A stretch of DNA of 64,000 nucleotides. Source: Eledone cirrhosa (lineage: Eukaryota). The first letter of the stretch is position 1, and the number at the start of each line of letters is the position of its first letter. The stretch spans positions 262,694,001 through 262,758,000 of the forward strand of contig OZ024740.1 in assembly GCA_964016885.1 (NCBI GenBank), in the 5' to 3' direction. Of the stretch, positions 51,003-64,000 are shown one piece after another. The position numbers were made by a program, and so were the translations under genes. Below the pieces are notes generated by a model. That model was not told the DNA's origin, ran no database searches, and saw only the letters and a list, made by a program, of their open reading frames with translations.

Positions 51003-51006
<4 letters not shown>
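47630..51006 (-). mobile_element. Nearly full-length Penelope-like element (probably Hydra-type), frameshifted
   Basis: N-terminus [39 protein letters not shown]...CRLINP.K, FDIVDFYPSI, FDVSMGSFDSADVCDLVG, GLYRDDGL, WFTPPYS, YVGMT..FK.RY, CALC..EK. ~1.2-kb 3' UTR. TA tracts at both ends. Confidence 0.92.
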
Positions 51007-51049
<43 letters not shown>

Positions 51050-51697
51050 TAAGATGGTAATATAGACGGAGACAAGAGAATAAAAGTAGCCCTTTATCAG
51101 CTGTTAACTGCGGATCGTAGATGTTTCGGCGCTTAAAACAGGACATCGAAATCGATTGGTAGCGCACCGAAGACCTTTTACCAATCAAAACGCCATGAGG
51201 GACAGTAAAGATAGGGAAGAGAGAGGAAGAAAGAGAAAAAAGGAAAGGGGAAAAAACGAAGTAAAGAAACCGAATCGAGTGAGGACATAGTCAGTGGCAC
51301 ATGCAAGTGAGTAACCGAGGCGAAAATAGTATAAATTATTAAAACGGACCGATTGGATTTACATCCTTTGGTCGTATAACTGCGGAGCGAGGTTTTTTTT
51401 ATTTAGTCATTCCATGAGAGTATCTTGGTCAGACTATGAACCGTTCAGGGGACGGTCGTATATTCTCACGCAAATAAGTTAGATTTAAACATTTAAACGG
51501 ACATTGACAAATAGACACGAACTCAGTAAATGCATTAAGAAAGTATTTAATGGCTTCCTAACGTATACAACACAACGCTTTCATCAGAATTGGGTATGAA
51601 AATATATATATATATATATAAGTAAAAAGCAAACGGCACACTACCTTCAAGATATATATAGTTTAACACACACCACACACACACGCACACACACACA

Positions 51698-51801
<104 letters not shown>

Positions 51802-52162
51802 CAATATATATATATATATATACGCATTGGCAACGCAACTAAACTGATTCTCCTCAACCCGAGTGTCTCAAATCGTTAACTTTACTTTTCATGCGATCTT
51901 CTAATAACTACTGTTATCATCATATATCCTAAGTTGTTTCATTTATTACGTTGCTTATTTTCATATCAGTTTATATATCTATAATTGTAATGATATATGT
52001 GTAGTGGATGTTATAGTGAAGGGTGGTGTGTTAGAGGTACGGTACGAATGATGTCTATTCATTTAGTGAGGTGTAGTGAAATAAACACAATGAATATATG
52101 AAAAATCCACCATGTCAAGAACAAGAAAAAACTCAGATACACACTTACGTAGATACATACTT

Positions 52163-52218
<56 letters not shown>

Positions 52219-52365
52219 CAAAAATAAATTAGTGTGTGTATAGACGTATATGCATATGTATGTATGTACGTAACTATAGATAAATAAATAAATATATATA
52301 TATGTGTGTGTGTGTGTATGTATATGTATATACATATATATAGGTATATATACATATATACACAC

Positions 52366-52468
<103 letters not shown>

Positions 52469-52724
52469 TAAATATATATGTATATATATATAAGGGTGTA
52501 GGTGTCGTGTAAGTTTGTGCTTGTATGCGTAAATTGAATAAAGTAATTACAGTTATACCAAAAAACACGAAAGAATATATATCCGTAATAGAGCAATCTG
52601 CAGTGATTTGGTAAATGTATGGAAGAAAATAGCACTTTGTGTTACAAGTTAGATGTCCCTTTTCTTTTATGTCATCAGTTTCATTACAATATATTGTTTT
52701 CAACATGTATTGACACACACACAT

Positions 52725-52789
<65 letters not shown>

Positions 52790-52864
52790 TATATATATAT
52801 AATGTATATATATAGATATATATATATATATAAATATACAAAAATATATATACATTATACATAT

Positions 52865-52887
52865 ATATATACATACATATACATACT

Positions 52888-52949
<62 letters not shown>

Positions 52950-52993
52950 TAAACATGTATTGACATTTATATATATTTATATATATAAACATA

Positions 52994-53047
<54 letters not shown>

Positions 53048-53091
53048 TATGTTTATATATATAAATATATATATATGTCAATACATGTTTA

Positions 53092-53137
<46 letters not shown>

Positions 53138-53175
53138 TTATATATATATAAGTATGTATATGTATGTATATGTAT
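52865..53175. repeat. Inverted repeat of compound microsatellite centred on (TA)n
   Basis: aaaatataaacatgtattgacat...aaacatatgtacat-(TA)n-atgtacatatgttt...atgtcaatacatgtttatatttt, with outer catacttat/ataagtatg. Confidence 0.8.
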
Positions 53176-53632
53176 GTGTATGTAAATTATATATATATCC
53201 TATAAATACGTCGACACACACATATATATATATATGTGTGTGTATATATATACTTATACATACATACCTGTATAAATATATGGATACATACGCACGTACA
53301 TACATACATAGAAACACATACATAGAAACACATACATACATACATATATAAATATATATATACATACATACATACACAGCTTTCATTATTTTCCGAAAGA
53401 TGAAAAAATGTCGTCAGCGTTGTTCATACATTCATGATATGAAACTGCAGACGACAAACAACACCAGAACAAAAAATTGCCGAAGATGATGGATATTAAA
53501 CAATTCCATTAGAAAGTTGATAACTTATCACTGTGAAGAAAATATACAAATAACTTCTAGAAACGCAGTCACCTGTCACTGTTGGTGTAAACATATTTTC
53601 TTTCAAAAACTATGAGATGCGAGATGTGTTGG

Positions 53633-53719
<87 letters not shown>

Positions 53720-53742
53720 GCACACACACACACACATATATA

Positions 53743-53779
<37 letters not shown>

Positions 53780-53781
53780 GC

Positions 53782-53822
<41 letters not shown>

Positions 53823-53864
53823 TATATATAAATATATATATATATATAAATATATATATATATA

Positions 53865-53910
<46 letters not shown>

Positions 53911-53911
53911 T

Positions 53912-53961
<50 letters not shown>

Positions 53962-54562
53962 GCAAATATATGTGTACACAAAGTAGATTCTCTCATGAAC
54001 GATGACAACGTTATTTATATGTTATTATTCGCTGATTTTCTATTACAAATCCTGTTGTGTGTGATTTCTTGTATTTTTTTTTTTTTTTTGTCATTTAATT
54101 ATAATTGACACATCTGCCATTCATTCATATACACATTGAAATCAATTGTTCTACATTTTTTTCTACTCTACTCCACATATATGTTTGCTTCTCCTACCTC
54201 CATTTCGCAATTAGAGATATCATATCGCGGTATTGCTGACACTATATGGATTGTATCATCTTATAAAAACAGTGGGGAAATTTGATTGAAATGGGCTCCA
54301 GATGACTGTCGTAAGAAATCTAAAAGCAATTTGGCTAAATCCTAGCAAACGTTTATAATAGAAAATGTACACCTGAACTATTTTCAGGTGTATAAGTAAA
54401 TAAACGCAATAAAATAAGAAAGCAAAAACACTACTGAAGATATCGCAAAGTTTATGTTGATATAAAGGAATCGTTAAATATTCTCATGTTTAATAGATTT
54501 TTACAATATTTCAGCATATCTAACACTATATCTGCAAGTGTATTTAATATGCATGCATCAGT

Positions 54563-54644
<82 letters not shown>

Positions 54645-54646
<2 letters not shown>

Positions 54647-55790
54647 CGGGAGTGGTGTCACAAGCAATCTATTTCAATTCGAAGCACTGCTGGAAGGACA
54701 CTTCTAGGATGCACCTCAGTTCCTTCGATATGATCCTCTTGCTGGCCTCCACGCCTTCCAAACAGTCCCCTTGATGAGCCCCTTGAGCTTGGCAACAGGA
54801 ACAAAGTCACACGGAGCAATATCAGGTGCATAAGGTGGTTTTTCAAGTATGGCGATGTTCTTCTCGGCCACGAACTGCCGGATGCTCAGGGCGTTGTTAG
54901 CAGGTGCATTGTCGTAGTAAAGCAGCCACGAGTTATCCTTCCATATCTCTCGTCTCTTCTCGTGCACCGAGTGAAGCAAACGCCGCAGGATCACTTTTTA
55001 GACTTGCTGATTTATCATATGGTCCTTTGGCAAGAACTCACTGTGGATGATGCCTCTCACACCACTTTCTTCGGCCTCGGCGACATCGGAGTTTTCCACT
55101 GATAACTCTCTTGCTTGGTTTTCGGGACGTACTCAAACATCCATGTCTTATCATCAGTGGTGACTCTACTAATTCTGGTTCAGTTTGAAAGCACTCGATG
55201 TTATCCTGATACACCTACATGCAGCGCTCCTTCTGAACATCATTCTGCAGATTTGGCACAATGTTTGCATAGACCTTCGCATGTTCAAATCTTCGGTGAT
55301 AATCTGCTAAACACTGTCCTTTTTCATGTCCAACTGACTTGCCATCATTCGAACAGTCAACCGATGATGGTCACGCATCACATGCCCTAACCGTCGATGT
55401 TGATCTTGGTCCTGCTTATTGAAGGCATCCTGCTCCTGGAGTCATGTTTCACCTCTTCGTGCCGCTCTTTGACCCTATTGGGCCACTCAAAAACACTTGT
55501 TGCGATTATGGTGTTATCTCCATACACTTGCTCAAGCATTTCAAGAGCTTGTGATGGAGCTTTCCCCAACAGGATAACAAAATCCGGTTTATGTGTTGTT
55601 CCTCAGAGCTTATAGCGGAAGAAGCTGCAAAATAGGTGTTATCAAAAGCATGGGGGAAAATGCATTGGTTGCAGAAAATTAAGATTACAGTTGTATACTC
55701 GCGAGATATCATGTTAGATGATGAGGCAATCCGCTCATCTTTTTTCCTATAGTTCACACAGCACATTCAGTTACTTTACATACAGACCTG
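54645..55790 (-). pseudogene. Second mariner transposase relic
   Basis: WLLYYDNAPA, PPYAPDIAPCDF..KLK, (I)TTDDKTWMF.Y.P.TK, N-terminal LGKAPSQA.EML.QVYGD. Confidence 0.85.
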
Positions 55791-56289
55791 TCTGATGAGT
55801 TCTAGACTGTTACATAACTTTTACATCACTCCATAATCGCTCTTATACGCATTACTCTCTAAAGATCGATTATGTAATCAATGAAATGGCTTATACTGCA
55901 TTGCAATGACAATATACCGTAGTACACAGACGCACACGTAAACTGCGTCGAGTGCTTATTGTATTGTATGCAAGTGTCGGTTGACCAATAACTAATAACA
56001 CAAAATAAACCAAATATACATATATATATGTGTGTGTGCGTGCGTGCGTGCGTGCGTGTGTGCGTGTATGTGTGTGTCAGTGTGCGTGTGTGTATGTTTT
56101 CGCTCTTAACATTCGGTTTCTTTCCAAGCAAACAGCCTCATAAACACCATGTGCGTTTTCCTGATGAAAAATGTCCTCCTTTTGTTCAAGCGGTAGCTGA
56201 GAAAAACAATCGACAATTGTTTTGGAGTGTTTGTTCCTTATCAAAATTGTGTATTCTCGTGTCTGCTACTCACTGGAACTGCTGAGAAT

Positions 56290-56475
56290 AAATAATTGTT
56301 TCTACTTTTGGCACAAGGCCATTAATTATCCAGTACATTACTGGTACTTTATTTTATCGACCACGTAAGGATGAAAGGCAAAGTTAACCTCGGCGGGATT
56401 TGAACTCAGACCGTAAAGGGACGTAACTATGCTGGAAAGCATGGCGTCCGACTCTCTACCGATACTGCCAATCCA
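56290..56475 (-). mobile_element. tRNA-derived SINE
   Basis: Reverse complement is highly similar to 31219-31400, including A and B boxes. Confidence 0.88.
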
Positions 56476-56517
56476 CACCCGAATGATATTATTATTCACT
56501 CAGAGATACATATATAT

Positions 56518-57490
56518 CTTCTTCTTCACCCACTTGTTCCTGAGAGCGTCGTAGAGGCAGAGCCCTCTAACACTCCTCCAGCGAGTCCTGTCAGAAGCAA
56601 CCGTCTCCAACTGATCCGGCTGGATCCACAATCGTAACTAGACAAGCTCATGGATGCTATCCAACCAACTTGCTCGGGGTCTAAACTGGGTCTCCTACAT
56701 GGTGCTTTCGCCCATAAAATCTGTCCAGCGATTCTTTCCTGAGACATTTAACGACATATCTAAAGTATCGGAGCTGTGATCTCACAATTCGGAGAAATAG
56801 CGGCTCTACCTAGAATGCCTCTCTGATCTCCGTGCTAGGCATTTTAACGAGTAACATTACTCGAAAGACCTTTCGGAGGAAGCCCATTTCGGCCGCTTGT
56901 ATTCGCGATCGTATTCTTTTGGTCATTACCCAAGATACATGACCATGGTTAAGGGTTGGCACGAAAACCGAATTGATGATAGTGAGTTTCGCTTTTACGT
57001 CTACCTCCCTTCCTCTGAACACTGAATGCTAAAGCTGGTGCATTACTGCACCAGCTTTTGAAATTTTTTTGAGTTACGTTTACTTACGCAAATAAACCGA
57101 CAGTGCATTTGGTATCTCCGAAAGCATTTCGTTGATTACTTATATTAAATTAGAGAGATTGTGGAAGAGAGAATTGAAGGTATGGTGTTAAAGATGAAGC
57201 GCGTGCAATTTTACTTCTAGTTGGATCAATGTCCTAAACTCGGTTTGGCACTTAATTCAGACACCTTCACTTGTGGATACGGACTCGAGGTACTTGAACA
57301 TTCTACCTGCTTCAGTGGAACTCTATTCACTCGCCTTTACTTGCCTCGTTGTAGCTACGTCACTGGGTTGTGAGATTTTTCTTTGGCGTTGCTCCAGCTG
57401 CCTTAGTAGTTTACCGCTGTTTGTCCGGGGTTGTTTATTCGTCCGACAGTTGCCCGCTTATGTCGTAGCCAACCATCATATCTTGTGACC
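56518..57490 (-). pseudogene. RTE-clade LINE 3' portion, interrupted at ~57061-57245
   Basis: FKYLESV, KAGAVM, KLTIINSVFVPTL.HG..SW......RIQAAEM.FLR, and a GAA-repeat 3' end at 56518. Confidence 0.85.
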
Positions 57491-57539
57491 GTACTTCTAT
57501 CCACCCCGTTCTCTATAAGAATAACTTTGCCGAGAATAC

Positions 57540-57643
<104 letters not shown>

Positions 57644-57733
57644 GCGCGTGTGTGAAGTAACTTTGTTTTGAAACAGCGAGCGAGTTCGAAAATAGAAATA
57701 GAAGCTTTCGCTGTATTTTTTGTCTAAAATTTC

Positions 57734-57859
57734 TTTAGCCTGATAGTTGGGTTTAGAACCCTCTAAGAAATTGAAAAAGATGAGTATTGGCGTCCATATA
57801 CGTCAATACTCTTCTCTTTCCATTTCTTAGAGGGTTCTAAACCCAACTATCAGGCTAAA
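57734..57859. repeat. ~125-bp palindrome (copies at ~59727-59854 and ~61616-61742)
   Basis: tttagcctgatagttgggtttagaaccctctaagaaat...atttcttagagggttctaaacccaactatcaggctaaa. Confidence 0.9.
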
Positions 57860-57902
57860 ATGTTTATAGTAAAAAAAAAACGGCGAATGGCTCTGTACTC
57901 AC

Positions 57903-57945
<43 letters not shown>

Positions 57946-58800
57946 TATATATGTTTGTGTGTTTGCGTGTGCTTATGTAAATACATATGACAGAAGCATA
58001 CACTTTTATGAAACAGGCGTTGTTTGTAATTTCTAGTCATCTTGCTAACTTAACTTATTCAAACATTTAGAGAGTAGATAACGTGTTTGGCTCAATGAAA
58101 TTTAAATGGCAGTGTATGGCAGAATCGTTACCGTATTTATTCTGCCTCTCCGAGCTCAAATGTGAAGTGGGAGAATAATTATTTCGTTATACTTTTAGCA
58201 ACACTATGCATGTTAGGCGGCCGTAAGAAATCCTCGATGATTGTGGGGCCTGCAACTTGAAGCAACCTTGAGGACATAAACTATGTGTACATGAAAAGGT
58301 TAGTAATTGAGTTACGTTTACTTACGCAAATAAACCGACAGTGCATTTGGTATCTCCGAAAGCATTTCGTTGATTACTTATATTAAATTAGAGAGATTGT
58401 GGAAGAGAGAATTGAAGGTATGGTGTTAAAGATGAAGTGCGTGCAATTTTACTTCTAGTTGGATCAATGTCCTAAACTCGGTTTGGCACTTAATTCAGAC
58501 ACCTTCACTCGTGGATACGGACTCGAGGTACTTGAACATTCTACCTGCTTCAGTGGAACTCTATTCACTCGCCTTTACTTGTCTCGTTGTAGCTACGTCA
58601 CTGGGTTGTGAGATTTTTCTTTGGCGTTGCTCCAGCTACCTTAGTAGTTTACCGCTGTTTGTCCGGGGTTGTTTATTCGTCCGACAGTTGCCTGCTTATG
58701 TCGTAACCATCATCATATCTTGTGACCGTACTTCTATCCGCCACCTGCCCCCCCCCCCGTTCTCTATAAGAATAACTTTGCCGAGAATACATATATATAT

Positions 58801-58984
58801 ACGATATTAAATAAATGGAAACTATATTTATAAAACCATATTTATTTCATTATATATATTTCAGGGATATCATATTAACAATATGTTATGCCTTCCTCAG
58901 ACAAAATACAATATAGACAGTTTTATAGATAAATAGATTTGACATACCGTTCAACATCGACTTGTATTTGAAAAAGTTGATTTG

Positions 58985-59029
<45 letters not shown>

Positions 59030-59284
59030 GTGGGTGTGTGTGTGTGTGAAGTAACTTTGTTTTGAAACAGCGAGCGAGTTCGAAAATAGAAATAGAAGCT
59101 TTCGCTGTATTTTTCAAATACAAGTCGATGTTGAACGGTATGTCAAATCTATTTATCTATAAAACTGTCTATATTGTATTTTGTCTGAGGAAGGCATAAC
59201 ATATCGTTAATATGATATCCCTGAAATATATATAATGAAATAAATATGGTTTTATAAATATAGTTTCCATTTATTTAATATCGT
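58801..59284. repeat. ~175-bp near-perfect inverted repeat around a ~135-bp spacer (second copy 60791-61264)
   Basis: acgatattaaataaatgg...tttgaaaaa (58801-58975) pairs with tttttcaaa...ccatttatttaatatcgt (59110-59284). Confidence 0.93.
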
Positions 59285-59369
59285 AAATATACTCCAAATA
59301 CTTGTTGAGTGCTTTTATATCAGTTATAAATATTTACTAGTTGTAACACGACAATTTAAATATAACTTT

Positions 59370-59492
<123 letters not shown>

Positions 59493-59516
59493 TGTGTGTG
59501 TGTGCGCGTGTGTGCG

Positions 59517-59627
<111 letters not shown>

Positions 59628-59866
59628 GTGGGTGTGTGTGTGTGTGTGAAGTAACTTTGTTTTGAAACAGCGAGCGAGTTCGAAAATAGAAATAGAAGCT
59701 TTCGCTGTATTTTTTGTCTAAACATTATTTAGCCTGATAGTTGGGTTTAGAACCCTCTAAGAAATTGGAAAAGATGAGTATTGGCGTCCATATACGTCAA
59801 TACTCTTCTCTTTCCATTCCTTAGAGGGTTCTAAACCCAACTATCAGGCTAAAATGTTTATAGTAA

Positions 59867-59940
<74 letters not shown>

Positions 59941-60994
59941 GTGTGTGTGTTTGCGTGTGCTTATGTAAATACATATGACAGAAGTATACACTTTTATGAA
60001 ACTGGCGTTGTTGTAATTTCTAGTCATCTTGCTAACTTAACTTATTCAAACATTTAGAGAGTAGATAACGTGTTTGGCTCAATAAAATTTAAATGGCAGT
60101 GTATGGCAGAATCGTTACCGTATTTATTCTGCCTCTCCGAGCTCAGATGTTAAGTGGGAGAATAATTATTTCGTTATACTTTTAGCAACACTATGCATGT
60201 TAGGCGGCCGTAAGAAATCCTCGATGATTGTGGGGCCTGCAACTTGAAGCAACCTTGAGGATATAAACTATGTGTACATGAAAAGGTTAGTAATTGAGTT
60301 ACGTTTACTTACGCAAATAAACCGACAGTGCATTTGGTATCTCCGAAAGCATTTCGTTGATTACTTATATTAAATTAGAGAGATTGTGGAAGAGAGAATT
60401 GAAGGTATGGTGTTAAAGATGAAGTGCGTGCAATTTTACTTCTAGTTGGATCAATGTCCTAAACTCGGTTTGGCACTTAATTCAGACACCTTCACTCGTG
60501 GATACGGACTCGAGGTACTTGAACATTCTACCTGCTTCAGTGGAACTCTATTCACTCGCCTTTACCTGTCTCGTTGTAGCTACGTCACTGGGTTGTGAGA
60601 TTTTTCTTTGGCGTTGCTCCAGCTACCTTAGTAGTTTACCGCTGTTTGTCCGGGGTTGTTTATTCGTCCGACAGTTGCCTGCTTATGTCGTAACCAACCA
60701 TCATATCTTGTGACCGTACTTCTATCCGCCACCTGCCCCCCCCCGTTCTCTATAAGAATAACTTTGCCGAGAATACATATATATATATATACGATATTAA
60801 ATAAATGGAAACTATATTTATAAAACCATATTTATTTCATTATATATATTTCAGGGATATCATATTAACAATATGTTATGCCTTCCTCAGACAAAATACA
60901 ATATAGACAGTTTTATAGATAAATAGATTTGACATACCGTTCAACATCGACTTGTATTTGAAAAAGTTGATTTGGCAGTGTGTGTGTGTGTGTG

Positions 60995-61028
<34 letters not shown>

Positions 61029-61349
61029 AAGTAACTTTGTTTTGAAACAGCGAGCGAGTTCGAAAATAGAAATAGAAGCTTTCGCTGTATTTTTCAAATA
61101 CAAGTCGATGTTGAACGGTATGTCAAATCTATTTATCTATAAAACTGTCTATATTGTATTTTGTCTGAGGAAGGCATAACATATTGTTAATATGATATCC
61201 CTGAAATATATATAATGAAATAAATATGGTTTTATAAATATAGTTTCCATTTATTTAATATCGTAAATATACTCCAAATACTTGTTGAGTGCTTTTATAT
61301 CAGTTATAAATATTTACTAGTTGTAACACGACAATTTAAATATAACTTT

Positions 61350-61424
<75 letters not shown>

Positions 61425-61440
61425 TGTGTGTGTGTGCGCG

Positions 61441-61501
<61 letters not shown>

Positions 61502-61754
61502 GTGTGTGTGCGTGTGTGGGTGTGTGTGTATGTGTGAAGTAACTTTGTTTTGAAACAGCGAGCGAGTTCGAAAATAGAAATAGAAGCTTTCGCTGTATTT
61601 TTTGTCTAAACATTATTTAGCCTGATAGTTGGGTTTAGAACCCTCTAAGAAATTGAAAAAGATGAGTATTGGCGTCCATATACGTCAATACTCTTCTCTT
61701 TCCATTCCTTAGAGGGTTCTAAACCCAACTATCAGGCTAAAATGTTTATAGTAA

Positions 61755-61832
<78 letters not shown>

Positions 61833-63074
61833 GTGTGTGTGTTTGCGTGTGCTTATGTAAATACATATGACAGAAGCATACACTTTTATGAAACTGGCGT
61901 TGTTTGTAATTTCTAGTCATCTTGCTAACTTAACTTATTCAAACATTTATAGAGTAGATAACGTGTTTGGCTCAATAAAATTTAAATGGCAGTGTATGGC
62001 AGAATCGTTACCGTATTTATTCTGCCTCTCCGAGCTCAGATGTTAAGTGGGAGAATAATTATTTCGTTATACTTTTAGCAACACTATGCATGTTAGGCGG
62101 CCGTAAGAAATCCTCGATGATTGTGGGGCCTGCAACTTGAAGCAACCTTGAGGATATAAACTATGTGTACATGAAAAGGTTAGTAATTGAGTTACGTTTA
62201 CTTACGCAAATAAACCGACAGTGCATTTGGTATCTCCGAAAGCATTTCGTTGATTACTTATATTAAATTAGAGAGATTGTGGAAGAGAGAATTGAAGGTA
62301 TGGTGTTAAAGATGAAGTGCGTGCAATTTTACTTCTAGTTGGATCAATGTTCTAAACTCGGTTTGGCAAGAGATTAGCATTTGAGCTATGTAACTTACCA
62401 AACCTAAGTATACAAAACCTCATGGGTTACCAGTTAATGATACATCCACCATATATATTTCCACAAATGCACTAGAACTAAATGTCTGGCAATATTTAAA
62501 ATTTCTTTTATACTAACCTGCTCAAAACCGCCTCTGGTTTTATGAAACCGAGGCGTTCAGTTAAAAGGCTTCATATTTATATTAAATTCTTCCAGCATGA
62601 TTTGTTATATTACAAATACCATCTTAATAATAAAATAATTAATAATCTTGCAAATCTTCCATTAACTATTTTAGGGTGGATGTTCGTCATCGAGGTTATA
62701 TATAAATCGACTTTGCCTGGATCGAATCTAACGACAGGAACCCATTCATAAATATCACAGGCTTAGCTAATATCAATAATTAATGTTCTAAAATTTACTC
62801 TTTGAATTGGTTGCAATCATAGAAATGTCTCAAGAGGAATAAAAGCTGGTATAGCCTGATATACTGAATAACCAATTCAAAAGACTCTATCTTTGATGTG
62901 ACAATGATATTAATAATAATTAGAATGATAATGAAAATTGAGTTCTTTGTTTTCTCATTAGAAATTCTAATTGCTTTAGAAATCATATTTATTTCTGCGG
63001 GCAAATATGTATGTATACACACACACACACACATACACACATACACACATACACACATGCACACGCACATATGT

Positions 63075-63147
<73 letters not shown>

Positions 63148-63282
63148 TGTAGTTGACGGCCGAGAGGAAAGAGAACTCAATACCGAATTAGAGAGATTAA
63201 ATATTCAGTCTTTTCATATCATATTCACTACCATGAGTGAATCTTAACCATCTACTATGTCAGGGTGTGTCATACATCATCT

Positions 63283-63349
63283 TATTTTATCTGATGAGGA
63301 CGTACTGTTGAAGATAGATCAGTACCTCTGAAATATGTATAATAAAATA
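63283..63349 (+). ncRNA. Canonical type I hammerhead ribozyme
   Basis: TATTTTAT-CTGATGA-GGacGTACTGttgaagatagatCAGTACctCT-GAAA-T-ATGT-A-TA-ATAAAATA. Perfect 8-bp stem I, predicted AUA cleavage after 63341, followed within ~50 bp by (TA)n. Confidence 0.85.
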
Positions 63350-63664
63350 TACTTGATCACACGAATGTCTATTTTTGTTAATATTTTGAATTAATATATT
63401 TATATATATATATATATATATATATAAACGGAAAAAATGAAACGAAATTTCATTTGCCACTCTTAGTACGGCTGTTACTTAAATATAAGTATGTACACGT
63501 ACATACATATATGTATACAGACGTACAGTAGTATGTATATATATATACATACTTGCACACATATATATATATTTGTGTGTGTGAGTATGTGTGTGTATAT
63601 ATATATATATTTGTGTGTGTGTATGAGTGTGTATATATATATATGTATATACATATATATATAT

Positions 63665-63696
<32 letters not shown>

Positions 63697-63750
63697 TTGT
63701 GTGTGTGTATGAGTGTGTATATATATATATGTATATACATATATATATAT

Positions 63751-63801
<51 letters not shown>

Positions 63802-63850
63802 TATATACATATATATATATACATATATATATATACATATATATATATAC

Positions 63851-63949
<99 letters not shown>

Positions 63950-64000
63950 TATATACATAATATAAGATCAAAAGATGGTTAAAGGAGTTCCATATATTTT

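Noticed and set aside
51525-51592. Minus-strand CTGATGA with loose hairpins
   Set aside because: The GAAA box and NUH/stem I are not recoverable, so it is too degenerate to call.
55791-55820. CTGATGA as a hammerhead
   Set aside because: No GAAA after the short stem and no stem I/III pairing.
62520-62990. Minus-strand signal-peptide-like stretch (SIFIIILIIINIIV)
   Set aside because: Explained by ATT-rich low complexity. Downstream frames contain stops and no family motif.

Overview
Eukaryotic, AT-rich, extremely microsatellite-rich intergenic or intronic DNA. The (TA)n/(CA)n/(GA)n/(GATA)n load and the SINE types suggest a cephalopod (octopus-like) genome, which is an inference. No host protein-coding gene can be supported. 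All recognisable coding sequence is decayed transposon: five Penelope-like element (PLE) loci (two RT/GIY-YIG types), two head-to-head Tx1/L1-clade LINEs, a GC-rich CRE-like RLE retrotransposon, CR1-like and RTE LINE fragments, and two mariner relics. There is also a non-autonomous Helitron, tRNA-derived SINEs, an 80-bp SINE-derived tandem array and a ~2-kb tandem amplification. The main signal is non-coding: more than a dozen type I hammerhead-ribozyme (HHR) motifs or half-motifs from many unrelated sequence families. They lie in PLE 3' ends and in tiny fold-back elements that often sit in or beside (TA)n tracts. One family consistently carries a non-canonical core (CAGAAGA instead of CUGANGA). 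Coordinates were read by eye, and decayed-element boundaries are approximate.
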